From contig CALJEN010000005.1 of assembly GCA_938073905.1 (NCBI GenBank), positions 244,088 through 308,087 on the forward strand: a stretch of 64,000 nucleotides of DNA, given 5' to 3'. This document shows positions 1 to 10,736 of the stretch, one piece after another (within the stretch, counting starts at the first letter, position 1; each line of letters starts with the position of its first letter). A program made the translations under genes and the position numbers. The notes under the pieces are model-generated. The model was not told where the DNA came from and ran no database searches. It worked only from the letters and a program-made list of their open reading frames with translations. The stretch comes from an uncultured Sulfolobales archaeon. Lineage in GTDB: Archaea; Thermoproteota; Thermoprotei_A; Sulfolobales; NBVN01.

Positions 1-1866
1 CTTGACCAGGTCGTCGAAGGTCAGCCTCCCGGAAACGTAGTCGTTGATTATCTCCTCAGAGAGCCTCGGCTTTCCGCCCTCCACGACTACGAGGGGTCTG
101 AGTATCCTGCCCTCGTCCGTGTTTATGTAGATCTCGCTGAGGTAGTCGGTGTTAAGATACTTGACGTTGACCTCCGGGTGGAGCTTGCCCTTTCTCCTCA
201 GGTAGACCAAGGCCTTGGCCAGAGACTCCGCACTCCCCGGGTAGTAGCCCACCATGGTCCCGTTTACGAAGACCTTGGCACACGCGCGTATCTTCTCCAA
301 GGTCTCCGGGTCTTGATCTACGAGCTTCCTGAAGACCTCCTCGACCGGGATCAGGCCGAACCTCCTGAGCAGCGACAGCACTTCCTCGGAGCTAGCGCCG
401 GACGATATCTTCACGTAGAGGGCTAGGTTCTTCACTAGGCCGCAGTTGGGGCCCTCCGGGGTCTCGAATAGACATATCCTGCCGAACTGGGTTCCGTGGA
501 CGTCGCGCGCCTCGAAGTGCGGCTGCCCCCTGCTGAGGGGCGAGACGCTCCTCCTGAGGTGGCTGAGGGAGGAGATCCAGTTCGTCCTGTCCAGCATCTG
601 GCTGACCCCGGTCTTCCCTCCCACCCAGTTTCCGGTGGCGAGGGCGTGGCGCAGCCTCTCCGTGACTATGTCGGACCTGGCGAAGGCCTTGATGTTCACG
701 CGACCGAACCTTATCGTCACCCTCTCCAGGGTGCTCTTCAGCTCCTCGACGTACTGCCTGAAGGCTACCCTGAACAGCTGGGCCAACAGGTCTCCGGCCA
801 GCCTGAGCCTCCTGCTCCCGTAGTGGTCTCTGTCGTCCGGCTCCCTCTTCCCCAGCACGAGCTCTATCAGCCTGCAGACCATCTGGCCGAGGTAGAGGGC
901 CTTCCTTAGCCTCGTGGACGGAGAATCGTCGGTGCCTATGTGCGGGAACAGGTACCTGTCCAAGACCTCCTCCGCTCTCTTCCTCCTGGCCTCTGCGACC
1001 TGTCCGGCGGCTATCCTGGCACCTATGTAGTCCAGGGCCTCCTCGCGAGTCCTTATCTCCTGCGCCTGGAGTAGGGACGGCAGGAGCTCCTGCTGGACCT
1101 CGGGGTCGTGGGATACCGCGAAGACTATCTCCTTGTCCGCTGTCAGTCCCAGGGCCTTCATCACGATGACTACGGGCACTTTGGCGAGGAGGGGTGGGAA
1201 GTTTATCACGAGAGTCCCGTCCCTGAGCCTGTCGACTATAGTCGGTACCCGGAGGCCCGCCGAGACCGATATCGCCTTGGCCGAGTGGGTTATGTTGGCG
1301 CTCGCCTCCGCCTTCTCGACGAACACCCTGTTGGGAGCTAAGTCCTCCTGGGCCACTATAACTCTCTCTGAACCGTTTATTATGAAGTAGCCTCCGGGGT
1401 CTCCCCAGTCCTCGCCCAAATCGACGAGCTCCTTCCTGCTCATTCTAGAAACAGGGTCTATCTTCGACTTCACCATCACCGGGAGGTGACAGATGGGCAC
1501 CTCGTCCTCGTACAGCACGCTGGAGTCCCTCTTGACTACCACTTTGGCCGTAACCGGAGCGCTGTACGTCAGGTTTCTCAGGCGGGCCATCATCGGCGTC
1601 ATGTCTACTACGTTGCCCTCGACCTCGTAGAACTTCGGCATCCCGATGCTGACGTCGGTAAACTCTATCGTCAGCCCACCTAGAGAGGGCTCCCTCGCGG
1701 GTACCTCTATCACTCCCAGGTTCGCTACGATCTCCCTTAGCCCCCTGTCCACGAAATTGTTGAACGAGTCTATGTGGTGCCTCACCAGTCCGGTCTTTTG
1801 AAGGAAGTCCTTGAACAGCTTCCACCTGACCTCAGGAGTCAGGTAGCCGTCGCTCACCGCGCCCAT
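1..1866 (-). CDS. rpoB: DNA-directed RNA polymerase subunit B (Rpo2), N-terminal ~620 codons; continues beyond window start
   Basis: Not in the ORF track because it has no in-window stop. Hand translation of the minus strand from ATG at 1866 gives MGAVSDGYLTPEVRWKLFKDFLQKTGLVRHHIDSFNNFV...GGYFIINGSERVIVAQEDLAPNRV...FGRICLFETPEGPNCGLVKNLAL, open to position 1. It lies directly downstream of rpoH. Confidence 0.9.
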   Translation of the reverse strand, partial: MGAVSDGYLTPEVRWKLFKDFLQKTGLVRHHIDSFNNFVDRGLREIVANLGVIEVPAREPSLGGLTIEFTDVSIGMPKFYEVEGNVVDMTPMMARLRNLTYSAPVTAKVVVKRDSSVLYEDEVPICHLPVMVKSKIDPVSRMSRKELVDLGEDWGDPGGYFIINGSERVIVAQEDLAPNRVFVEKAEASANITHSAKAISVSAGLRVPTIVDRLRDGTLVINFPPLLAKVPVVIVMKALGLTADKEIVFAVSHDPEVQQELLPSLLQAQEIRTREEALDYIGARIAAGQVAEARRKRAEEVLDRYLFPHIGTDDSPSTRLRKALYLGQMVCRLIELVLGKREPDDRDHYGSRRLRLAGDLLAQLFRVAFRQYVEELKSTLERVTIRFGRVNIKAFARSDIVTERLRHALATGNWVGGKTGVSQMLDRTNWISSLSHLRRSVSPLSRGQPHFEARDVHGTQFGRICLFETPEGPNCGLVKNLALYVKISSGASSEEVLSLLRRFGLIPVEEVFRKLVDQDPETLEKIRACAKVFVNGTMVGYYPGSAESLAKALVYLRRKGKLHPEVNVKYLNTDYLSEIYINTDEGRILRPLVVVEGGKPRLSEEIINDYVSGRLTFDDLVK

Positions 1867-1870
1867 CCCC

Positions 1871-2128
1871 CTAGCCCACCACTACAAACCTATAAGCTAC
1901 CGAGACCCCCGCCGTGGAAGACTTCCTCTCCACCCTTATTATATCGCCGGGCTTGGCTCCCAGCAGCTTTGCGATGGGATCGGATGCCCGGATCCAGGGA
2001 AGCTGCTCCGGGCGCACGCCTAGCTCTCTGAGCACCCTGAGAGCCTCCTCCTTCGTTAAGAGCTCATGTCTGGGAACCAGCTCGTGCTCCAGTACCTTCT
2101 CCCTCACACTCCTCTTCTCGCTACTCAA
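1871..2128 (-). CDS. rpoH: DNA-directed RNA polymerase subunit H (Rpo5)
   Basis: 85-aa ORF. It contains [24 protein letters not shown]...[26 protein letters not shown], typical of RpoH, and sits immediately upstream of rpoB. Confidence 0.9.
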   Translation of the reverse strand: MSSEKRSVREKVLEHELVPRHELLTKEEALRVLRELGVRPEQLPWIRASDPIAKLLGAKPGDIIRVERKSSTAGVSVAYRFVVVG

Positions 2129-2312
2129 GTTCCACCCCGACTACTCTGAGGGTTCTCTAGAGCAGGTTATAAGTATTCGCCTCCCGAGAGCGATGGAGCT
2201 CTCGGGGCAGATGAGCGGGCGCGCCTTGTCCGCTCTCCTTTCGGCGGAGGCTTCACCTGTCCGCGCTCCCAGGTTCTCCCACCCTTACGCACCGGACACG
2301 GTCTCGGGAGCT

Positions 2313-3983
2313 TCAGCAGGGCTGACACCTGGGGGACGCGGCTCCAAGAAGCTCGGCGATGCCGTTAACCGAGACCTCGAAGACCGTGACGGGAGAGGAT
2401 AGCCTGAGGTGCTTCAGGTACCTGGGGTGGACCTCGCCTACGATACCTGCTACGACCCCGTCCACCTCCACGGCAGCGCTTCTCTCCTCGATGGTGAGCG
2501 GGACTCCCCCAGTCCTCCTGAACCGCGCTCTTAGACCGAGCACCTCGAGGAGCGTCCTGAGTGCGGCAAGCCCGTCGGTCAGGGTGGTCCCGGCTCCGTA
2601 TATCGCGCCCGAGGCCATCCTCACGGTGGCTAGGGACTTCGGGTCGACGACGTCTCCGATCTCGAAGATCCTGAGGCTCCGGAGCTCGTACTTCCTCACG
2701 TTGTTAGACAGGCTCTTCAGGATTCCGGGCAACAGCGAGGGCCTGAGAGCCGAGTACGTCCTCATCTTGGGGTTCTCGACCTCGACGAACTCCGCGTATC
2801 CCAGAGCCCTGAGGTAGTCGGGATCCGTTAGCATGAAGTTGAGGACCTCCATGAAGCCCAAGCCGACGAGCGCGTCCCGCAAGCGTCTGGACGTTCTCTC
2901 TAGGGGGTGCTCCACGCCGCGGCTTCTCGGGGGCTCGATGAGCCCGGATATCCTGTTGTAGTCCATGGAAATGGCTACGTCTTCGATGATGTCGTCTTCA
3001 TCGATCACGTCTACCCTGTACGGCGGCACCCAGACGACGGCCCTCTCCTCGGTCGAGGACTCGACCACGTATCCGTGCTTCCGGAGATCGCTCAGCGCTC
3101 TCGCGAAGTCTAGGTCCACCCCTATGAGTCCGATCGCCCTTTCAGCCGTAACGAGGATCTTCTTCCCCAGCAGAGCGTCGGCCAGAGGCTCCTCGGTCAC
3201 CGCTCCCCCGACCACCGGGACCACCTCTATCGTCTTGGCACCCCTCTCGTACACGGACGTGGTCACGACGGCGAGTATCGATGCCATAAGGTAGGGCTCC
3301 GTCCCCGTGACGTCGATCAGCACGTTCCTAGTCTTCTCCGTCACCCTGGTGTCCTCGGAGTTTACGATCGGTGGAAGGGAGAGAACGGTGCCCCTCGAGT
3401 CTACGAGAAGCGGGTAGCGACCCTCCTCGACCAGGTGACCGTACTCCCGGCCCTTCTCGGTCTCTCTCAGCACCTCGCGCGCCTCCATGACCCTATCGTA
3501 CCCCAAGGGCCTAAACGCCGCGGTGTCGACCTCCCTGTAGTACAGGGGCGGGCTCAGCGTGTCCAGGTCGTACAGGCCTATCGAGACTAGCTCCCGGTTG
3601 CCGCAGTGGGTTACGTGGAGCTTCTCCTGGAGCTGGAAGAGCTGGGAGATGGCCTCGTCGTCGAGCTCCACCCCCCTTACGACCGTCATCAGCACGTGGG
3701 GTCTGTATCTCGGGGCAGCACCGGAGTCCACGTAGAAGCCGCTCCTCGCAACGGGGTACTTCGCGGGCCTCCTGGTGCCGAGCTGGTAGGCCAGCGCCCT
3801 CGCGAGCCCCTCGGCCGAGTAGAGGTCTGGCCTATCGTGCGGCGCGTCGTAGGTGAGGGTGCCGCCCTCTAGGCTGTCCACCTCGAGCTTCAGTCCCTCG
3901 AGGAGGCGCGAGAGGGAGCCCTCTTCGAGCTGGGCCCCCATCAAGCGAAACAAGTCCCACAGCCTAACCGAGACCACGGGCAC
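2313..3983 (-). CDS. pheT: phenylalanine--tRNA ligase beta subunit
   Basis: 556-aa ORF of archaeal PheT size. It has a PPYRVDVIDEDDIIEDVAI (B3_4/B5-type) segment and overlaps the pheS stop by 20 nt. Confidence 0.88.
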   Translation of the reverse strand: MPVVSVRLWDLFRLMGAQLEEGSLSRLLEGLKLEVDSLEGGTLTYDAPHDRPDLYSAEGLARALAYQLGTRRPAKYPVARSGFYVDSGAAPRYRPHVLMTVVRGVELDDEAISQLFQLQEKLHVTHCGNRELVSIGLYDLDTLSPPLYYREVDTAAFRPLGYDRVMEAREVLRETEKGREYGHLVEEGRYPLLVDSRGTVLSLPPIVNSEDTRVTEKTRNVLIDVTGTEPYLMASILAVVTTSVYERGAKTIEVVPVVGGAVTEEPLADALLGKKILVTAERAIGLIGVDLDFARALSDLRKHGYVVESSTEERAVVWVPPYRVDVIDEDDIIEDVAISMDYNRISGLIEPPRSRGVEHPLERTSRRLRDALVGLGFMEVLNFMLTDPDYLRALGYAEFVEVENPKMRTYSALRPSLLPGILKSLSNNVRKYELRSLRIFEIGDVVDPKSLATVRMASGAIYGAGTTLTDGLAALRTLLEVLGLRARFRRTGGVPLTIEERSAAVEVDGVVAGIVGEVHPRYLKHLRLSSPVTVFEVSVNGIAELLGAASPRCQPC

Positions 3984-5484
3984 CGAGCACCACCCTCGGA
4001 AGAGGCGCCCTCTCCACCTCCCTCACGTCGTCGGTGTAGAGGTCTCTTATATCGCTGATCCCGAGGAGCACCATGGCTATCCTGTCCACCCCTATGCCCC
4101 AGGCGGCCACGTTGTACCCCCGGAGACCCAGGGGCTCCAGCACCTGCCTCCTGAACATCCCGCCGGGCAGCACCTCTATCCAGCCGAGCCTCGGGTGCTT
4201 GACGTAGCCCTCCACGCTGGGCTCCGTGAACGGGAAGTATGCCGGCCTGAACCTGGGCTCCCCGAGCCCCAGTCCGCGCGCGAACTCCCTGAAGAACTCG
4301 AGCAGGTCCTTGAAGGAGACCCTGGTGCCGACTATGATGCCGTCGAGCTGGTGGAACTCCATCAGGTGCGTCGGGTCCGGGGTGTCCGGCCTGAATACCC
4401 TGTCTATAGTGAACACTCTGTACTCGCCGGGGCCGCGCTCCCAGAGAGTCCTAGCGGATACCGAGGTGCAGTGAGTCCGGAGGACCAGCTCTAGGGCCCT
4501 GGACTGGTCCCACCGGTACCTCCTGTACTCCCTGTGGTAGCTGCCGACGAGCTCGAGGAGCTTCTCTACCCTGGGCTCCCCCTTCGCCGACTTGCCCAGC
4601 AGGTACACGTCGGTCGGTCTACGAGAGGGGTGGTGCTGCTGGACGAAGAGCGCGTCGAAGTTCCACAGCCCCAGCTCGACGTGGGGCCCCTTGACCTCCT
4701 CGAATCCCAGGGAGAGCATGAGCTCCCTCATGTAGTCCAAGACCTCGACGAAGAAGTGCTTCCTGAAGATCGGGGCCCTGGGCGGCTCTACGGAGAGGTC
4801 GAAGGGCTTGAACTCTATCGAGTCCCAGCTGTCGAGGTTTATTATCTCGGGAGTGATGACGGTCACGACTTCGCCGGGCACCAGCCTGTCCGAGCACTCG
4901 AGCAGGATGTCCGTCGCCTCCACCAGGATCTCCTTGCGTTGGCGCACCGAGACGAGGCCCCTCCTCCTGGCCTCCTTCAGGGATTCAGGTAGCTCCAGCA
5001 GGGTCTTCGGCGAGCTGTAGGCCTCCAGCACGCTCTTGACCTCCCTCACGTAATCCAGCAGCCTCTGGGTCCTGGTCTCGTCGAGGCTCAGGTAGCCCTC
5101 GTGTATCCTGAGGACGCCGAAGGTCTTGAGAGTTCCCAAGGCGGCCTCGACCTCGTCCTCCTCGAGACCGAGCTCGCTCAGGTCGCTAGTCCTCGCACGT
5201 CCAACCTCGGTGAGCCTCTCTAGCAGCTTCTCCTCGGGCAGGCCTCTCTCTAGGTACTTCCTGCCGCGCTCGCTGAGCTCTACTATGTGGTAGACCCTTC
5301 TCGAAGTTGTGATGAGCCCGCGGCTCCCCAGCTCCGCTAGGTCTCGCATTATGTCCTGCTCGCGCCTGCCGACCAGCCCAGCGAGCTCGGCCGCGGTCAC
5401 TCTCTTGAGGCTTGCGACGTGCTTTGCGATGAGGTACAGCCTAGGGGGCAGCTTCAGTTCTCTCGGGATCTCCATACGCAGCAT
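3964..5484 (-). CDS. pheS: phenylalanine--tRNA ligase alpha subunit
   Basis: 506-aa ORF with class II motifs FRPDTPDPTHLMEFHQLDG, FPFTEPSVEGYV and GIGVDRIAMVLLG. The N-terminal region looks winged-helix-like. Confidence 0.92.
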   Translation of the reverse strand: MLRMEIPRELKLPPRLYLIAKHVASLKRVTAAELAGLVGRREQDIMRDLAELGSRGLITTSRRVYHIVELSERGRKYLERGLPEEKLLERLTEVGRARTSDLSELGLEEDEVEAALGTLKTFGVLRIHEGYLSLDETRTQRLLDYVREVKSVLEAYSSPKTLLELPESLKEARRRGLVSVRQRKEILVEATDILLECSDRLVPGEVVTVITPEIINLDSWDSIEFKPFDLSVEPPRAPIFRKHFFVEVLDYMRELMLSLGFEEVKGPHVELGLWNFDALFVQQHHPSRRPTDVYLLGKSAKGEPRVEKLLELVGSYHREYRRYRWDQSRALELVLRTHCTSVSARTLWERGPGEYRVFTIDRVFRPDTPDPTHLMEFHQLDGIIVGTRVSFKDLLEFFREFARGLGLGEPRFRPAYFPFTEPSVEGYVKHPRLGWIEVLPGGMFRRQVLEPLGLRGYNVAAWGIGVDRIAMVLLGISDIRDLYTDDVREVERAPLPRVVLGARGLG

Positions 5485-5687
5485 CCTACCAGTATCCTAC
5501 GATATAGGACTTAAAGAGGCCTGCATCGGGTAAGCAGGCCTCCGAGGGCCTACCGCGGCTCCGCCGTGCCCCACTGAGGCTACCGGAGGTGCGGAGTCCG
5601 GCCGCGTCATCGAGGAGGGTCCGGCCTCGTTCTCCGCGGGCTCTTGGAGATAGATACGCGGCTTGAACCAGGGTGAGAAGCGTGGAC

Positions 5688-5948
5688 CTAAAACACTGGC
5701 TTGGACTTGCTTGCGCCGCTCCTCGTCCACTTCGCAGGAATCCCTGTAGAGCCGATAACCTTTACCCTGAGCCCGTCCTCAGACCTGGTCACCAGCACTT
5801 CCTGGAGGACCGTGCGGTGTCCGCACGAAGCGCACTTCAAGATGTGCCGGATCCTCGTGCTACCGTCAGCCATCGACTTCTCCGTCACCACTGTTGCCCT
5901 GTTGTCGCACTCCGGGCACTTCACCCCTCCGTCGTACCTCCACGGCAT
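5688..5948 (-). CDS. small zinc-ribbon protein (two CxxC pairs), function unknown
   Basis: 86-aa ORF with CPEC...CASC. Codon usage is genome-typical. I recognise no family. Confidence 0.5.
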   Translation of the reverse strand: MPWRYDGGVKCPECDNRATVVTEKSMADGSTRIRHILKCASCGHRTVLQEVLVTRSEDGLRVKVIGSTGIPAKWTRSGASKSKPVF

Positions 5949-6183
5949 TCTCTGACACCTCGCTCGAGGTCCTCTGCCGCTCGATCGTGTAGCAAGTGCC
6001 TGGAAGTTTTTAACGTCACACTACTCTTTCCATCCCGGAACTCGGTCGGGTGGGGCGTGGCGGTGTCAGAGACGCGAGGCTGCTTCTTGTAGGGCTTCTG
6101 ACCCTTACTCTCGGAACACCCTCTCGCCATCGCGGTTGCTCGCCGTAGCCGCTTAATACTCCCCCCGGCGTACCACTAGAGAG

Positions 6184-6261
<78 letters not shown>

Positions 6262-6276
6262 GCCAACGTCCGGGGT

Positions 6277-6711
6277 CTAAACGGCACGGTCGTGGACGTC
6301 GCAGCTGGGGTCGAAGGCTATCCCCGCTTCGTACTTGGCCCTCTCCTCGCTGTCGGCGGCGTGGACGATGTTCTCCAGTACCGAGGTCGAGTAGTCCCCC
6401 CTTATGGTACCCGGAGGCGCCCTCCTACCGTCCGTCGGTCCTATCATCGTCCTAACCACCTCCACGGCCCCGTCCCCCTCGACCAGCACCGCGACTACGG
6501 GGCCCGAGCTCATGAACTCCACGAGCCCCTCGTAGAAGCTTTTCCCCCTGTGCACGTCGTACAGCCTCTCGGCGCACTCGCGCGTCAGCCGGAGCATCTT
6601 GAGCCCTACGATCCTCAAGCCCTTCGCTTCGAGCCTCCGTATGACCTCCCCTATCAAGCCCCTCCTAACTCCGTCGGGCTTGATGAGCAGGAACTCCAGC
6701 TCCCGGACCAA
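6277..6711 (-). CDS. ndk: nucleoside diphosphate kinase
   Basis: 144-aa ORF with [23 protein letters not shown] and the NIVHAADS active-site His region. Confidence 0.92.
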   Translation of the reverse strand: MVRELEFLLIKPDGVRRGLIGEVIRRLEAKGLRIVGLKMLRLTRECAERLYDVHRGKSFYEGLVEFMSSGPVVAVLVEGDGAVEVVRTMIGPTDGRRAPPGTIRGDYSTSVLENIVHAADSEERAKYEAGIAFDPSCDVHDRAV

Positions 6712-6717
6712 CTCGGC

Positions 6718-6900
6718 TCACTTGGCCTTCACGTAGTAGGCGCTCCACGGAGTCTTCTTGGGGTCTCTGCCCAGCCTGAAGTTCTTGTAGCACTTGCCGG
6801 AGCAGAAGTGGAGGATGGTTCCATCCCTAAGTACGTAGGCGAGCCCGGAGCCGGGCTCCACCCTCCTGCCGCAGAAGCTACACGAGCGCTCCCTCGGCAT
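6718..6900 (-). CDS. rpl24e: 50S ribosomal protein L24e
   Basis: 60-aa ORF with [13 protein letters not shown]...[11 protein letters not shown], a typical L24e zinc motif. It lies upstream of ndk, as in many archaea. Confidence 0.92.
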   Translation of the reverse strand: MPRERSCSFCGRRVEPGSGLAYVLRDGTILHFCSGKCYKNFRLGRDPKKTPWSAYYVKAK

Positions 6901-6970
6901 ACGCTATCCCCCCGTTACCGCCGGGCTCCGCTTTAAAGCTTTAAAGCGGAGGCGTGGTTTCTCGGACGAG

Positions 6971-7237
6971 GTGCCGGAGGTGAGCGATGTCAGGAAGGTG
7001 GACGTGACCCAGCCCGAGGTCAACGTGCTGGAGGAGTTCGGATTCCCGGCCGAGGTGCTTCAGATAGTCGGGAGGACGGGGGTCACCGGGGAGATAACGC
7101 AGGTCAGAGTGAGAGTCCTCGACGGCAGGGACAAGGGGAGAGTGATAACGAGGAACGTCAAGGGTCCCGTGAGGGTGGGCGATATACTGATACTCCGGGA
7201 GACGGAGAGGGAAGCCAGGAAGCTGACCGCCAGGTAG
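6971..7237 (+). CDS. rps28e: 30S ribosomal protein S28e (start uncertain; in-frame GTG at 7025 would give a typical ~70 aa)
   Basis: Contains [61 protein letters not shown]. Confidence 0.88.
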   Translation: MPEVSDVRKVDVTQPEVNVLEEFGFPAEVLQIVGRTGVTGEITQVRVRVLDGRDKGRVITRNVKGPVRVGDILILRETEREARKLTAR

Positions 7238-7316
7238 AGGGCGGACAACTCGTCCTGTCCACAACCCCCGGGGGTCCGCAGAGCACCTGCTGGGGTTCGA
7301 AAGGAGTTGAAAGGCG

Positions 7317-7865
7317 ATGTTCGTCGACGTCTCTAGGGCTAAGCTCCCGAAGGGGCTCAGCTACCTGTGGATACCGCACATGCTAGTGAGGCCGTCGTGT
7401 CGGAACAGGAGAGTCCTCCTGGACTGCTTCTTCTCCTCTGCGCTGAGCAAGGACGCACTGGTGCTCCTGCTTTCGAGGAGCGTCGGAGACCTGAGGGTGG
7501 AAGCCCTGGCCTCGGTGGACTGCCCCGTGCTCCACTCCGGGGGATGCAATCCCCTCCACTACCAGAAAGCGTTGAACAGCGTCAGCGAATCCATTATGGT
7601 CGGCAGGGTCGATGACCTTGTCCTCAGGCCGCAGGACGCTAGGGTTAAGGACTTGATCGCAGACCTCTATAAAACGGTCCTCAGACAGCTCTGCTTCCCC
7701 GATCCACCGGCGGAGTTCGACCAGGTGTACGTCCTGCTCGGGCTGGACGTTCAGAAGAGGAGGGCCTACATAGCCTTGGGCAACAAGCTGGTTGAGTCGA
7801 GGATACTGGAGGAGGTGCTCTACGGGCACCTGGGCGGCCTTGGTGCCCTGAAGCGGTACATCTAG
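7317..7865 (+). CDS. hypothetical protein (182 aa)
   Basis: ATG ORF with genome-typical GC3-rich codons. No motif recognised. The overlapping 148-aa antisense ORF looks like a GC artefact. Confidence 0.45.
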   Translation: MFVDVSRAKLPKGLSYLWIPHMLVRPSCRNRRVLLDCFFSSALSKDALVLLLSRSVGDLRVEALASVDCPVLHSGGCNPLHYQKALNSVSESIMVGRVDDLVLRPQDARVKDLIADLYKTVLRQLCFPDPPAEFDQVYVLLGLDVQKRRAYIALGNKLVESRILEEVLYGHLGGLGALKRYI

Positions 7866-8114
7866 TGCCGTGAGCAGTGAGTGCGCTGCTTAAACAGCCC
7901 GCGGTCTCGCTACCGGTTCCCGCAGGGTCCGCACGCTCCTTCACGGGCTAGGCACCGGTGCCCAGTCCCCGAGCATCACCGCTCTCGGCTCCCTGTGCCG
8001 TGCACCGGGAGCGCAGAGCTCCTGCTCGAAGAGCTCGACCGCTGTCCCCCCGGAAGCTCTCGCGAGGCGACAAGTGACCCGCTCCCTAGCTAGAAATCGG
8101 GAGTTTAGAGCTCT

Positions 8115-8981
8115 CTACGATAGCTGCACCCGTATGGACGCGTAACCTACCACCCAGTCCCTCTCGCCGGTCACATCGCCCGAGGTAGCGTACTTCAGGA
8201 GTTGCGCCCCCTTGGCGTTCAGCTCTTTGGCCATGTAGATGAGAGTCATAGAGCTCCCCGGACCGCACATGCTGATGTCCTTCTCTACGACGACCTTGAA
8301 CAGCCCCTCTGGGTCTAGCCGAACGATCCTCTCTATCACGAGCTGGTCCTTTCTGAACGCCACGTCGTGAGGCTCGTAGTGCGTCAAGTCCGTGGTGGCT
8401 ATCACCACGAAGTCCGAGGGGTCTCGCCCGGACGCCCGGACCGCCGACAGGATGGCCTTGGCCAGGTCCTCGGCCACCCTGGGGGTCTGGTTCAGGATAG
8501 CTACCGGGACTATGCTGAAGCCGTCCTTGAGGACGTACTGGAGGAACGGTATCTGCACCTCGAGAGAGTGCTCGTACTCGTGCGCTGCCGTGTCTAGCCT
8601 GGCGAACCTGCTGTTGCTAGCGACGAGCTTCGCCAGCTCGGAGTCCACGGGGACTCTCCCCAGAGGCGTCTCCCAGAAGCCCTCGGGGTACACCGAGACG
8701 GAGGGCCCCATCCCCGTGTGGTTGGGCCCCAGCAGCACGACCGTCGCGGGCCTCCTCTCGAGGGACAGGGAGTAGTAGGCGTGCGCCGCGACCGGGCCGC
8801 TGTACATGTAGCCGGCGTGGGGCACTACGAACCCGAGACTGGTCCTCTCGGGAGAGGGCTCTGCCTTGGGGAGGGCCCCGGGACCGAGCCTGTGTAGGAA
8901 GCACTGCTCTATCTGTTTAACCAGGCGGTCTGGAGAGCCTTCGTAGAACTGCCCGGCGACCACCGCCCTCCTAACGCTCAA
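8115..8981 (-). CDS. MEMO1-family protein (AmmeMemoRadiSam system protein B-like)
   Basis: 288-aa ORF with [36 protein letters not shown] and DLTHYEP. It is the last gene of the r-protein operon. Confidence 0.88.
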   Translation of the reverse strand: MSVRRAVVAGQFYEGSPDRLVKQIEQCFLHRLGPGALPKAEPSPERTSLGFVVPHAGYMYSGPVAAHAYYSLSLERRPATVVLLGPNHTGMGPSVSVYPEGFWETPLGRVPVDSELAKLVASNSRFARLDTAAHEYEHSLEVQIPFLQYVLKDGFSIVPVAILNQTPRVAEDLAKAILSAVRASGRDPSDFVVIATTDLTHYEPHDVAFRKDQLVIERIVRLDPEGLFKVVVEKDISMCGPGSSMTLIYMAKELNAKGAQLLKYATSGDVTGERDWVVGYASIRVQLS

Positions 8982-9624
8982 CAGTTGACACCTTAGTCTC
9001 GAAGGCCTCGTAGCTTACCGGCAGGTCTCCGTCCGGCTGCAGAACGCTCCTAGTCCTGAGCACTTGTCTGGCGAGCAGCCAGTAGATGAGGGCCAGAGAC
9101 TTCCTCCCCTTGTTGTTCCCGGGGATCACGAGGTCGACGTTGCTGAGCTTGGCGTCCGTGCTCGCTATCGCGACGACCGGGATGCCGACCTTGGACGCCT
9201 CCTCGATAGCCTGCTCGTCGACCCTGGGGTCGGAGGCTATGAGCACCTCGGCGTCTATGTGGGTGCCCAGGTACGGGTTCGTTATAGTCCCCGGGACGAA
9301 CCTGCCGGCGACGGCCCTGGCCCCGGTGAACTCCGCGAACTTCTGAACCGGGGTGAACCCGTAGGGTCTCGAGGAGACTGCTAGCACGGTGCGAGGCTCG
9401 AAGGACGCTATGAACTTCGCGGCTATCCTGATCCTCTCGTCGACCTTCCTGACGTCGAGTATGTAGGGACCGTCGGGCCTGGCCTTGTAGACGAACTTCC
9501 TCATGCTCTTGGCACAGACGTACGTCCCTATGTGCACTCCCGCCTCGAGGTACACCTCGGCGGGCACGAGGAGCTCGGCCACGACCTTCGGGGCCTCGTC
9601 CGCGTAGCGCTTCTGCGTGCTCAC
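8971..9624 (-). CDS. rps2: 30S ribosomal protein S2 (uS2)
   Basis: 217-aa ORF in the operon position after rpoN. It has S2-type segments, for example GVHIGT and [10 protein letters not shown]. Confidence 0.9.
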   Translation of the reverse strand: MSTQKRYADEAPKVVAELLVPAEVYLEAGVHIGTYVCAKSMRKFVYKARPDGPYILDVRKVDERIRIAAKFIASFEPRTVLAVSSRPYGFTPVQKFAEFTGARAVAGRFVPGTITNPYLGTHIDAEVLIASDPRVDEQAIEEASKVGIPVVAIASTDAKLSNVDLVIPGNNKGRKSLALIYWLLARQVLRTRSVLQPDGDLPVSYEAFETKVSTVER

Positions 9625-9627
9625 GGC

Positions 9628-9834
9628 TCACACCTTCCTCTCGTAAGCTATTATTTCACCCATTAAGTCTACGTGAGATAGGAGCATCCTCCTGCAGCAG
9701 TACCTCTTCACACCCAGGTCGTCCAGCACCCTTCCCGGCTCCTCGCCGCTCGAGACCCTCCTGGCGAACTCTTCCCAGAGATGCCCGATGACCTTGCCGC
9801 AGGTGAAGCACCTAACCGGGAGTATCAAGGCCAT
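9628..9834 (-). CDS. rpoN: DNA-directed RNA polymerase subunit N (Rpo10)
   Basis: 68 aa, with [12 protein letters not shown]...[14 protein letters not shown]. Confidence 0.93.
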   Translation of the reverse strand: MALILPVRCFTCGKVIGHLWEEFARRVSSGEEPGRVLDDLGVKRYCCRRMLLSHVDLMGEIIAYERKV

Positions 9835-10284
9835 CTACCTGTAGGACTTCTGCCTCCACCTCCTAGCGCTGTACCTCATCCACTTCTCCGGCTCCGTCTG
9901 CCTCGGGTCTCCAGACAGCATGTACCTCGAGTACTCTCTGAACAGCTGCTTGAGCTCCTCGCTGTCGGTGAACCTGGCCAGTCCCCTGGCTATGGCCGTC
10001 CTGACGGCCTCCGCCTGAGCCATGTAGCCCCCTCCGGAGACACTCACCCTTATGTCGACCGAGTTCCTCAGGCTCTCGCCGGCTAGGAGCAGAGGCTCCA
10101 TCATCTTGATCCTGGCCAGCTCGACTGGGTAGAGCTCTATCGGAGTGCCGTTCACCCACACCCTACCCTTTCCGGGAGTTACGACGGCTCTCGCCACAGC
10201 GGTCTTCCTCTTCCCTACCTCTATGACCACCCTCAGTCTCTTCTCCTTTACCTGACTCTCCCTGGCTGCGGCTCTCGAGCTCAT
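9835..10284 (-). CDS. rps9: 30S ribosomal protein S9 (uS9)
   Basis: 149 aa with GGGYMAQAEAVRTAIARGL and C-terminal RRWRQKSYR. Confidence 0.92.
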   Translation of the reverse strand: MSSRAAARESQVKEKRLRVVIEVGKRKTAVARAVVTPGKGRVWVNGTPIELYPVELARIKMMEPLLLAGESLRNSVDIRVSVSGGGYMAQAEAVRTAIARGLARFTDSEELKQLFREYSRYMLSGDPRQTEPEKWMRYSARRWRQKSYR

Positions 10285-10736
10285 CTCCTACCCCTCCAGC
10301 CCATGTACTCGGCCACCTCGCCCACCGTGACGTACTCGTGTCGGAGCCTGGCGGCTCTGGCCTCCGGGATGTCGATCCTCCACAACTTCATGCTCTTCAC
10401 CTCGTCTGGGTAGCCCACGTAGACCCTCAGCCTCCTGAGCAGGACGAGCTTCCGGAAGGGGTCTTTCGGGAGCATCCCGCGAACCGCGTACTTCACTATA
10501 GTCACGGGGTTCCTCGGTCTATGGGGTGACTGCTCGCTCGGGTTCCTCAGGGTCTTGATCTCGAACCACAGGGCGTACGACTCCTTCACCGCACGGGGCT
10601 CTCCGCTTATCACGGCCTTCTCCGCGTTGACTATGTATACCCTGTAGCCGCACTTAAGCAGTTTGGCCACCGCGGTTGCGAGCCTCCCCAGGACCAGGCC
10701 ATCGGCATCTATCAGGACTTCCCTACTCGAGCTCAT
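10281..10736 (-). CDS. rpl13: 50S ribosomal protein L13 (uL13)
   Basis: 151 aa with IDADGLVLGRLATAVAKLL. It shows 4-nt overlaps with both neighbours, and the operon context fits. Confidence 0.9.
   Translation of the reverse strand: MSSSREVLIDADGLVLGRLATAVAKLLKCGYRVYIVNAEKAVISGEPRAVKESYALWFEIKTLRNPSEQSPHRPRNPVTIVKYAVRGMLPKDPFRKLVLLRRLRVYVGYPDEVKSMKLWRIDIPEARAARLRHEYVTVGEVAEYMGWRGRR

Noticed and set aside
1445-1825. 126-aa minus-strand ORF and the several plus-strand ORFs between 178 and 1825.
   Set aside because: All overlap the rpoB reading frame, which carries unmistakable RpoB motifs. They are off-frame or antisense artefacts.
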